64,000 nt of DNA from Myxococcales bacterium (GTDB taxonomy: Bacteria; Desulfobacterota; Binatia; HRBIN30). The DNA lies in assembly GCA_037445065.1 (NCBI GenBank), contig JBBILD010000008.1, forward strand, positions 123,131 through 187,130, read 5' to 3'. Both the position numbers and the translations under genes were made by a program. Below the pieces are notes generated by a model that was not told where the DNA came from, ran no database searches, and worked only from the letters and a program-made list of their open reading frames with translations. Below, piece by piece: positions 56,112-64,000 of the stretch (its first letter is position 1; each line of letters begins with the position of its first letter).

Positions 56112-58409
56112 TCACAAGCCCTGGCAAAGGAACAGCGGCTCGCTCTCGCCGGCGGTTGTGCGCACGACAAGCGGGACCGGGGCGGCGCACGTAAAGGGCA
56201 TCCGGATCACGAGCATTGTCGGCGTCATCGCTTCGAGCTGGGCCGGAATCCCCGCGACGGTAACACACAGTCCGTCGCGATCGGGCATGCAGTCGAAGCG
56301 GGCCGGTCCGGGTTGGCAGATGGAGTTCGGAGAGACACGGTGGGTCAGGAAGTGCTCGCCGAAAACCCGAACGTGCTCTCCCGCGGCGGCTGCATTCGGG
56401 CGAGCGGTCACAAGCCGCGGGGCTGCTGCCGCTGGCAGCGCAGGCTCGCCGAGCGACACAGCCGCCGTTCTGCCGCGTAATTCGCGGTCTCGAACTTGCG
56501 CCGCCGAGCAGCTCCCGGCTGCCAAGCACGATTCCCAAAAATTTGCCTCCGCCCACAGCGTGCCCTCGCCAAGCCAAACCAAATTGGGCCCTGGCGAGGG
56601 GAGACGGTTCCAAGCGAACAGATTACGGCCGGGGCTCCCAGATGGGCCGCCGCCGAGGTCTGCCAAGCTCGCGGCCTCTGCGACGACGCCGTTGCTCGAA
56701 TTGCAGGCAAACACCGAGCCGGTCGCGCGCACGCCCGGGACTCGAAAGCCCGCCTCCTGGATGCGCAGTCCGTCGCGAGCATTCGCAATCGACGCCGAAT
56801 GTTCGATCCAGGCAATTGAGTTTGCCCGCACAGAGGCGCCGCTTCCTCCGTTGCTGCGGGTGATGGTGCTTTGAGCGATCAGCCAGGCAGGCGAATCGGG
56901 CGTCTCTAGGGCCGCACCGTTTGCTGACAGACCATTTTGCGCGGTTTGCCCGCCGTTTCCCTCGATGAGAGAGTCGCGTACCCAAACGCGCCCGCCGAGG
57001 GTGGCTTGGATGCCGCCGTTTGCATTGCCATGGACCCAGCACCGCTCGATGACAGCCGTGGCCCCGGTCGTGACTTTGATGCCCTTATCGAAGGCAGCTC
57101 GCACCTCGGAGTCCCGCACGATGTTCGGAGCGAGCAGGAAGTTTCGTCCGGCTCGGTCATCGATCCCGATCGCGTCCGCGGTCGCTGCTACCTGAACCCG
57201 GCAGTGTTCGATCACATTGCCGTATGCCCCCGCGCCCCGGATGGAAAGCACATCGCGGTTGTTTCCTCCGGCGTTCTGCAGCGTCAACCCGCTGATCCGG
57301 TTGCCGCTGCCGAGCACGGTGAGGGCGGAGAATGGTTGGCCGTTCACATCAATGACCCGCCAGCCCGGCTGTCCCTCAGAGTCGAAGCCGTCCATGGTCA
57401 CCTGCGAGGTGTCGAGCGGGGGTAACGGGGAGGAGAGGACGATGCGCGTTTCGGTGCCGGGCGGAAACACGTCATCGTCGAAGCGGATCAGGTAAGGCTT
57501 GGGGGCGTCAGCGGCACGCAGCAGGCCAGTCCGCAGGGAATGAGCATTCAGCGAATCCTCGGGGTCGCGGACAACAAACGTTTCAGCGTACAAGCGCCAG
57601 TCAAGACGATTGTAGGTGGGGGAAGCAATGAGTAGGGAGCGCCGATACTGAACTTGTCCCGTAGGGGGTTCTAGTACGTCAATCCCATGGAGCCACAGCC
57701 CGGGGTGCAGATTGTCGAGCAGCAGGGTTCCCGGCCCTCGCTCCTCCTCATAGGCCGTGTTCCAGCCGGGTGCGTGACGGCAGCTCGGAACGAGTAACCT
57801 GCCGTGCAGGCGCGCTCGCGCCGAGGCATACTCGGCGAGCGAAGGGGTCAGCCGAATCTCCAGCGTTGCAGGTGATGGAGGGCAGAGGTCCGGAGTCGGA
57901 CTAATGGTGGGAGAGGCGGTGATCGTCGGGGTGGGGGTAACGGTGGGAGTGGCCGTGCGCGTGGGACTAAACGTCCGGCTCGCTGTGGCCGATGGCGATG
58001 GTGTTGGTGTTTCGCTGGGGCTTGCGGTTGCCGAAGGGGTTGGGCTGGGAGTCACCGACTCACTGGGCGTGGCGCTCGGCGTGAGCGTGAGGAAGGGCAG
58101 CGCCTGGATCCGTTCGACCAAGTCTGCCACGGTGACTCGCCCGTCTTGATTCGTGTCGAAGTGGGTGTCCGCTTCCGGCGTGAACAGCGGCTCGATGAGC
58201 GCGAACACCAGCGCTTCGGGCTGCATCGGCTCCGGGCTCCACCCGGCTCCGGTGAGATCGCCTAGGAGGAAAATCAGCGCCACGGACGAACGGGAGCGCG
58301 CCAGCCGACGGGCCAGGGCTTTTACACGGAGAGCGCGCTGAAACACTCGCGCCGCCAGGTCAACCGCGCGCGAGCATTGGCTGGCTTCAGCTTTTGAGGC
58401 CGATGCCAC
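56112..58409 (-). CDS. Secreted protein: degenerate dockerin-like motif, PT linker, right-handed beta-helix, IPT/TIG-like C-terminus
   Basis: DTNQDGRVTVADL, TPSATPS linker, beta-helix repeats (NRISGLTLQN, IEGN, SIANARDGLRI), AAGEHVRVFGEHF. Start uncertain. Confidence 0.75.
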   Translation of the reverse strand: MASASKAEASQCSRAVDLAARVFQRALRVKALARRLARSRSSVALIFLLGDLTGAGWSPEPMQPEALVFALIEPLFTPEADTHFDTNQDGRVTVADLVERIQALPFLTLTPSATPSESVTPSPTPSATASPSETPTPSPSATASRTFSPTRTATPTVTPTPTITASPTISPTPDLCPPSPATLEIRLTPSLAEYASARARLHGRLLVPSCRHAPGWNTAYEEERGPGTLLLDNLHPGLWLHGIDVLEPPTGQVQYRRSLLIASPTYNRLDWRLYAETFVVRDPEDSLNAHSLRTGLLRAADAPKPYLIRFDDDVFPPGTETRIVLSSPLPPLDTSQVTMDGFDSEGQPGWRVIDVNGQPFSALTVLGSGNRISGLTLQNAGGNNRDVLSIRGAGAYGNVIEHCRVQVAATADAIGIDDRAGRNFLLAPNIVRDSEVRAAFDKGIKVTTGATAVIERCWVHGNANGGIQATLGGRVWVRDSLIEGNGGQTAQNGLSANGAALETPDSPAWLIAQSTITRSNGGSGASVRANSIAWIEHSASIANARDGLRIQEAGFRVPGVRATGSVFACNSSNGVVAEAASLADLGGGPSGSPGRNLFAWNRLPSPGPNLVWLGEGTLWAEANFWESCLAAGSCSAAQVRDRELRGRTAAVSLGEPALPAAAAPRLVTARPNAAAAGEHVRVFGEHFLTHRVSPNSICQPGPARFDCMPDRDGLCVTVAGIPAQLEAMTPTMLVIRMPFTCAAPVPLVVRTTAGESEPLFLCQGL

Positions 58410-58638
58410 GCCGCCGTGCTTCTTCGAGCCCCTCGTTTAAGAGCGCGATGATGGCGACCGTTTTCGTGACCCCGATTTTTTCGGCCAAGTGATGCACGCG
58501 GGCGAGAACATCCGCTGGAATCTTGAGATTCACCATGCGCTGCTCGCGCAGTCGTTTGCTCTGGCGCAAGATGTCCTCGAACTTGATCTCGGTGAGCGAG
58601 ATGGTGGCGGTTTTCGTCGATCGCTTTCGCGTAGACAT
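58387..58638 (-). CDS. Ribbon-helix-helix (CopG-like) DNA-binding protein
   Basis: RMVNLKIPADVLARVHHLAEKIGVTKTVAIIALLNEGL strand-helix-helix pattern; GGAGGAG RBS. Confidence 0.7.
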   Translation of the reverse strand: MSTRKRSTKTATISLTEIKFEDILRQSKRLREQRMVNLKIPADVLARVHHLAEKIGVTKTVAIIALLNEGLEEARRRGIGLKS

Positions 58639-58680
58639 TGGCTCCTCCTGATCTGCTGAACCTATGCTTGGCAAGCCCCC

Positions 58681-58785
58681 AGCTTTACTGCGTGTGCGCA
58701 TTCTGTCAAGTTGCGGATTGCAATCCACGCCCGCGTGCTGGGGCAAGAGGTGTGGTTGACTTGCCGGCACACTCCTCACTAGCTT
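58681..58785. promoter_or_regulatory. Putative divergent sigma-70 promoters (RHH gene / aldolase)
   Basis: Minus strand TTGACA (58709-58704) followed by TAAAGCT 16 nt later; plus strand TTGACT(58756)-N18-TAGCTT(58780). Confidence 0.4.
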
Positions 58786-58826
58786 GGGCGTATGGTTGCC
58801 GTCCGGCACGAGGTGGAGGTGAGACG

Positions 58827-59750
58827 ATGACAGAACGCGTGCGCGAGATTTTGAGCTGGTACCAAGGTGAGAACCCGGGGGTGCTGACCAACCTGGCACG
58901 GCTGCTCAACCACGGCCGGCTCGCAGGCACGGGCAAGTTGGTCATCCTGCCCGTGGACCAAGGGTTCGAGCACGGTCCGGCGCGGAGCTTCGCTCCGAAC
59001 CCTGCGGGTTACGATCCACGCTATCACTTCGAACTCGCGATTGAGGCCGGATGCAACGCGTACGCCGCGCCGCTCGGTTTTCTCGAAGCTGGCGCTGCGC
59101 AGTACGCAGGCCAAATCCCATTGATCTTGAAACTCAACAACTCGGATACGCTGTACACAGGGTCCGATCCGTGTCCTGCCGTAACGGGCAGCGTGGATGA
59201 CGCGTTGCGTTTGGGTTGTGTGGCCATTGGTTTTACGATCTACCCGGGTTCGGCCGCACGGAACGAGATGTACGGGCAACTCAGGGAGCTGGCCGCCGAA
59301 GCGAAGCGCAAGGGGCTGGCGGTCGTGGTCTGGTCTTACCCGCGGGGCTCGGGGCTTTCGAAACAAGGGGAGACTGCGGTGGACGTGGTCGCGTATGCGG
59401 CGCAGATCGCTGCCCAGTTGGGCGCACATCTGATCAAAGTCAAACCGCCCACAGCCCACATCGAGCAGGAAGCGGCGCGCAAGGTGTACGAAAAGCAGCG
59501 GATTCCGATCGAGACGCTAGCGGACCGGGTACGGCATGTCGTGCAAAGTGCGTTCAATGGGCGCAGGATCGTGATCTTCTCGGGCGGCGAGGCAAAAGAA
59601 ACCAACCAGATCCTCGACGAAATCCGGGCCATTCGTGACGGGGGAGGTTTTGGCAGCATTATCGGCAGAAATTCCTTCCAGCGCCCGAAGTCCGAGGCGC
59701 TAGAGTTTCTGCGCACCGTCATGGATATTTACGCGGGGGCCAGCAGGTAA
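58827..59750 (+). CDS. fbaB: Class I fructose-bisphosphate aldolase (DhnA/FbaB type)
   Basis: ILPVDQGFEHGP, WSYPRG, AHLIKVKPP, FSGGE, GSIIGRNSFQRP; GGAGG RBS. Confidence 0.93.
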   Translation: MTERVREILSWYQGENPGVLTNLARLLNHGRLAGTGKLVILPVDQGFEHGPARSFAPNPAGYDPRYHFELAIEAGCNAYAAPLGFLEAGAAQYAGQIPLILKLNNSDTLYTGSDPCPAVTGSVDDALRLGCVAIGFTIYPGSAARNEMYGQLRELAAEAKRKGLAVVVWSYPRGSGLSKQGETAVDVVAYAAQIAAQLGAHLIKVKPPTAHIEQEAARKVYEKQRIPIETLADRVRHVVQSAFNGRRIVIFSGGEAKETNQILDEIRAIRDGGGFGSIIGRNSFQRPKSEALEFLRTVMDIYAGASR

Positions 59751-59823
59751 GGCTTGCGCGCTGGAGCCTCTGGCGTTTCGTGCCGCCGTCTCCGAGTTGC
59801 GGTTGGCCAGGTGTGCTGGCCGC

Positions 59824-60966
59824 TCAGCGTTTGAGCAGGTTGCGGGCAATGACCACCCGCTGGATTTGCGAGGTTCCCTCGTAAATCTGCAGTAGCTTTG
59901 CGTCCCGCATGAGCTTTTCCACCGGGTACTCGCGCATGTAGCCATAGCCGCCGAAGATCTGCACTGCGTCCGTAGTGATGCGCATGGCCGCGTCGGCGCC
60001 GAAGGCTTTCGCGTAGCTCGACACAATCGGTGCTGCAGCACCTTGATCAATGAGCCAGGCTGCCTTGTAGGTCAGCAGTCGCATGGCCTCGATCTCGATC
60101 GCCATATCGGCCAGCATGAACTGAATCGCCTGGAAATTTGCGATTGGCTGCCCGAAGGCATGGCGTTCGAGAGCGTACTTGGTGGCCTCGTCGAGGGCGC
60201 GCTGCGAGATGCCGATGGCGATGGCGCCAATCTCAGGGCGAGTGTGATCGAAGGTTTGCATGGCAAGCTTGAACCCTTGTCCCTCCTCGCCAACCAGCGC
60301 CGATTTCGGAACCACCACCTCCTCGAAGACCACCTCAGCGGTGTCCGCAGCTCGCTGCCCCAGCTTGCCGTGCATGCGCTGGCGGCGAATGCCGGGGGTG
60401 TCCGCCGGCACTACGAAGCAGGAGATGCCCTGGTGGCGGAGCGCCTTGTCCTTGGTTGCGAACACCGTGTACCAGTGTGCCATCGAGCCATTCGAGATAA
60501 AGTGCTTGACACCGTTGATGACGAAATCGTCCCCGACTCGACGGTACGTCGTGGACATTCCAGCGACGTCGGAACCCGCCCCTGGCTCAGTCGTGCAGAA
60601 CGCGGCAAAGGAAAATTCGTTGGCGAGCATGCCGAGGTACTTGCGCTTTTGTTCTTCGCTGCCCGCTTTGAGGAGCGGAACGGCGGCCAGGCCGTTGGCG
60701 GCAAGTGCGTTTGTGATTCCTGCGCATCCATAATTCAGCTCTTCCAGAATCAAAATCGTGTCGAGCACGCCGAGGCCGGGCCCCCCGTACTGCTTCGGGA
60801 TTTCCAAGTTCATGAGCCCCAGCTCCCAGGCTTTGCGGCAAACGTCGAGCGGGAACGTTTCCGTCGCATCGCACTGTGCCGCAATGGGAATGATCTCTTC
60901 GGCGGCAAACTTGCGGGCCAGTTCCTTCATCTCGCGTTGCTCGGGGTTCATTTCGAAGGAAAACAT
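59824..60966 (-). CDS. Acyl-CoA dehydrogenase (medium-chain-like)
   Basis: FCTTEPGAGSDV, KLGQRAADT, FQAIQFMLADM, QIFGGYGY, IYEGTSQIQR. Confidence 0.94.
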   Translation of the reverse strand: MFSFEMNPEQREMKELARKFAAEEIIPIAAQCDATETFPLDVCRKAWELGLMNLEIPKQYGGPGLGVLDTILILEELNYGCAGITNALAANGLAAVPLLKAGSEEQKRKYLGMLANEFSFAAFCTTEPGAGSDVAGMSTTYRRVGDDFVINGVKHFISNGSMAHWYTVFATKDKALRHQGISCFVVPADTPGIRRQRMHGKLGQRAADTAEVVFEEVVVPKSALVGEEGQGFKLAMQTFDHTRPEIGAIAIGISQRALDEATKYALERHAFGQPIANFQAIQFMLADMAIEIEAMRLLTYKAAWLIDQGAAAPIVSSYAKAFGADAAMRITTDAVQIFGGYGYMREYPVEKLMRDAKLLQIYEGTSQIQRVVIARNLLKR

Positions 60967-61242
60967 TTGTCTGTGTCTCCTTTTCGGGGCTTCTGATACG
61001 CGCTTTTGGTTGTGCGGGCGGCTCCTAGCACGAGCCGCGGGAACCCGTCCACCCGACTTTTTCGCGCTTGCTTTATGCGCCGACTTATGCGCTAAAGGCG
61101 ACTCCGGCTCGGGAGGATTTTCGTTTGACAAACCAGAGTTCGGGTTGAAGAGTAGGAGCCTGCGTCAGGATTAGCACGATGCTTGGCTTGCGCTGATTGT
61201 TTTTGGTAAGGCGGCGACGATTCGGATTGAGGAGAGTACTCG

Positions 61243-63960
61243 ATGAGGCGGAACATTGCTGTTGCACTTACGATCGTGCACGGGGCGCTGGTCTGGTCCG
61301 TAGCGGGCCAAGCGCAGATTTCTTTTATTCCGAGCTTGCAGCGTTCAGTGCCGAACGGCCCGACCTTTGTGACCGGGGGGGACTTCAATGGGGACAACAT
61401 CAATGACGTGGTGGTGAGCAGCACTGTCCGCGACCGGGTGACGGTCCTTCTTGGTACTCCGGATGGGACCCCAGGGACCCCCGTTGAGATCCCGGTGGGA
61501 GCATTGTTGCGCGGCGTCGCAGTGGGCGACCTAAATGGCGACGGCCGCAACGATATTGCGGTGGCGGACTTCAGCCAAAACCGCCTCTTTGTGGTTTTCG
61601 GGCGCGGTGATGGTACCTTCGCTTCCCCGCAAGGGTTTGCAACCGCGCGGCGTGGCCCGGTGTGGGTCGCTTTAGGGAATTTCGACAATCGCCCCGGTCT
61701 GGACGCGGCTACGGCCAACGGTGTGGCCGACTCCTTCAGCGTGCTTGTCAACGAGGGAGGAAACCGAGGTCTACGTTTGGCTGGCAACTTCCCCGTCGGA
61801 TCGAATTCCAATCCGCGCGTCATTCTGGCGCACGATCTGAACGGCGACCGCATTGATGATCTCATGTTGTTGGATACGGGTACGCGCGGTACCGACGAGG
61901 TCTCGGTGTTCTTGAATACAGGAACCGGTTCTTTTTCCGGTGTGATCCCACAGCGCTTTGTGGTGGGGATCGACGCCATTGGTATGGCCAAGGGCGACTT
62001 TAACAACGATGGTCGGATCGATCTCGCCGTTTTGAATCGCCAACTCCAGCAACTGAATCGTTTCTCCATTTCGATTCTTTTGGGTAGTGAGAGCCCACTG
62101 TTCCGGGTTTTGCCGCCGATCGAATTTTCCTGTCCTTCCCGAATCAACGGAATCGAGGTGTTTTGCACGCCGCAGGACATTGCTGCCGCGGATTTTGACC
62201 TCGATACGCGCACGGACTTAGCGGTCTCTTTCAGCACACGGGCAACCGACAACTCGCAAACCACGGCTGGGTTCGTGACTGTGTACGCGGGTCTTGGAGA
62301 TGGCCGCTTCGAGTTTGGCACTCAGGTCATCGTCGGTTTAGGCCCCCGGCGCATCGCGGCCATGGACTTTACGGGTGACGCGGTGCCAGACATTGCGGTG
62401 GCGGAGTTTTCCAACAACTCCGTACGGATCCTGCGTGGTAAAGAGCCGCCTAGGAGACCGAACGGGGCGTCGTGCGTGGTTGGCCGCCAATGCGAGTCGA
62501 ATGCGTGCGTGGACAATGTTTGCTGCGCGACCCCCTCTTGCCCCGAGGGGCAGCGTTGCGATGTCTTGCCGCCGAATTCTTCGATCCTGGACGGGGTTTG
62601 CCGGCCTCCGGCACCGAATGGCAACCGTTGCACCTCGGGAGAACAGTGCCAGTCACGCCGGTGCGTGGACGGCTTCTGCTGTGCGTCGGCGGCGTGCCCG
62701 CAAGGCCAATTCTGTAACACGGGCACCTGCGGTCCACCGGCGCCAAACGGCGTGCCGTGCAACGCCGGAGAGCAGTGTGCATCGGGCAACTGCACCGACG
62801 GTGTTTGTTGCGCGGACCCGCAATGCGCGGTGAACGCGGCGTGTAACATTCCTGGATCCGAGGGCGTCTGCACCACCCGCCGGCCGATTGGTAGCCCGTG
62901 CACGGACCCCGCTCAGTGCTGCACAGATGCGACCGACCCGACTCGTTGCGATCCCTCGTTCTGCATTGAAGGCTTCTGCTGCGAGCGTGCCTGTGGCCCG
63001 AATGAGACTTGCAGCATGCCGGGCTTCGAGGGACTCTGCATGTTAAAGCCAACACCGACTCCGACCCCGCCTTTTACCCCGACCCCGAAAGCGATCGGAG
63101 ATCGCTGCGTGACAGACAGCGAGTGCATCAGCGGCTTCTGCGTGGACTTTGCATGTTGCCGCGAGCGGTCCTGCCCAGCCGGGCAGACCTGTAGCTTCCC
63201 CGGAAGCGCAGGGACGTGCACCAACCGGGGGAACAACGGAAGCGTGTGTGACGGAAACGAGGACTGCAATTCTGGCTTCTGCCGCTTGCCCGTCGGTGGA
63301 AGTCTGGGCGTCTGTGACAACCCTCCACCGACTCCGACTCCAACCCCGGTTCCTCCTGGCCGGCCCTGTTCCGATACGCTTCAGTGCACCGGCGGTTTCT
63401 TCTGTAACCTGCGGGAGGGTGGTATCTGCTGCAACCTCGAAGAGTGTCCAGCCAATATGAGTTGCCGGGTCCCTGGCCAGGAGGGCTTCTGCAACCCCAT
63501 TCCTCCGACTCCGACGCCGCGCAAATTTTTGGCGACTCCTTGTATTCGTTCCGAGGAATGTGAGTCGTTTGCTTGCGTGCACGGAGTGTGTTGCGAGACG
63601 GCGGAATGCCCGCCGGGTGAGGAGCCGGAACGACGCTGCGACATTACCGGTTTTGAGGGGTTCTGCGTTCCGCCGTTGGGAGTGGACGAGCCTTGCAGGA
63701 AGAACTCCGACTGCTTGCCCCCGAACGTGTGCCGGGAGTCTGGGCTGCAATTGGTTTGCGGGCCTCCGCCTACCCCGACGCTGCCGCTGCCGACGCCACC
63801 GATCGCTACCCCGACACCCGACATTCAAACAGAAATCGATCGTTCTGGCGGGTGTCAGATTGACCGCGAAGGCGGAAGCCTGTCGTGGTGGCCGCTAGTG
63901 TTCTTGACCGGGTTGTTGTGGTTGCGGCGGCGGCAATCGGCGCGGGTCAGAGTACGCTGA
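61243..63960 (+). CDS. Surface protein: FG-GAP repeats, Cys-rich repeats, PT linkers, MYXO-CTERM-like anchor
   Basis: Signal peptide; about 7 GDFNGD...D repeats; repeated C....C.SG.C.DG.CC units; C-terminal SGGCQI...WWPLVFLTGLLWLRRRQ. Confidence 0.88.
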   Translation: MRRNIAVALTIVHGALVWSVAGQAQISFIPSLQRSVPNGPTFVTGGDFNGDNINDVVVSSTVRDRVTVLLGTPDGTPGTPVEIPVGALLRGVAVGDLNGDGRNDIAVADFSQNRLFVVFGRGDGTFASPQGFATARRGPVWVALGNFDNRPGLDAATANGVADSFSVLVNEGGNRGLRLAGNFPVGSNSNPRVILAHDLNGDRIDDLMLLDTGTRGTDEVSVFLNTGTGSFSGVIPQRFVVGIDAIGMAKGDFNNDGRIDLAVLNRQLQQLNRFSISILLGSESPLFRVLPPIEFSCPSRINGIEVFCTPQDIAAADFDLDTRTDLAVSFSTRATDNSQTTAGFVTVYAGLGDGRFEFGTQVIVGLGPRRIAAMDFTGDAVPDIAVAEFSNNSVRILRGKEPPRRPNGASCVVGRQCESNACVDNVCCATPSCPEGQRCDVLPPNSSILDGVCRPPAPNGNRCTSGEQCQSRRCVDGFCCASAACPQGQFCNTGTCGPPAPNGVPCNAGEQCASGNCTDGVCCADPQCAVNAACNIPGSEGVCTTRRPIGSPCTDPAQCCTDATDPTRCDPSFCIEGFCCERACGPNETCSMPGFEGLCMLKPTPTPTPPFTPTPKAIGDRCVTDSECISGFCVDFACCRERSCPAGQTCSFPGSAGTCTNRGNNGSVCDGNEDCNSGFCRLPVGGSLGVCDNPPPTPTPTPVPPGRPCSDTLQCTGGFFCNLREGGICCNLEECPANMSCRVPGQEGFCNPIPPTPTPRKFLATPCIRSEECESFACVHGVCCETAECPPGEEPERRCDITGFEGFCVPPLGVDEPCRKNSDCLPPNVCRESGLQLVCGPPPTPTLPLPTPPIATPTPDIQTEIDRSGGCQIDREGGSLSWWPLVFLTGLLWLRRRQSARVRVR

Positions 63961-64000
63961 CGCTGGGCTGCGCAAACAGTGCCTGACAAGCGGCCCGCCA

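Noticed and set aside
1..64000. CRISPR arrays, tRNA/rRNA genes, prophage or defence systems
   Set aside because: No regularly spaced DNA repeats, RNA-gene signatures, or integrase, phage or nuclease genes were recognised; visible repeats are protein-coding low-complexity tracts.

Overview
GC-rich, densely coding 64-kb bacterial chromosomal window with about 60 CDSs. I found no rRNA, tRNA, CRISPR array or intact mobile element. The protein families present (dockerin-like 'CxGDCNGDGxVTVDE' surface proteins, a small 'E..LM.AVL..A...SF..IC..L' paralog pair, a CYP142-like P450, an F420 reductase, hpnJ/hpnK) suggest a deltaproteobacteria-like organism such as Candidatus Binatia; this is inference. 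Main blocks: hemD, a TPR protein, lhgO and a sulfatase-like protein (0-6.6 kb); an oxidative pentose-phosphate run tal-pgi-gnd-zwf-pgl followed by glpD and malQ (6.8-16.4 kb); an ECF sigma factor fused to a zinc finger; a putative cyclitol/inositol head-group cluster joined to hopanoid-tailoring genes hpnK and hpnJ (17.3-27.5 kb); a PhlABC-like HMGCS-DUF35/thiolase pair with a P450 (30-34 kb); housekeeping and lipid-catabolic genes including ino1, hup, coaE and gpsA; and a block of secreted dockerin-like, Pro/Thr-linker and Cys-rich proteins around a LytS/LytTR pair, ending in a MYXO-CTERM-like anchored FG-GAP protein (50-64 kb). The best candidate for an undescribed system is the 17.3-27.5 kb cluster. 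It combines an ITPK1-like ATP-grasp protein, a nucleotidyltransferase, a dehydrogenase/aminotransferase pair, a DIPPS-like CDP-alcohol phosphotransferase and a flippase-like protein with hopanoid cyclitol-ether genes. All family calls come from motif recognition by eye; no database searches were run.
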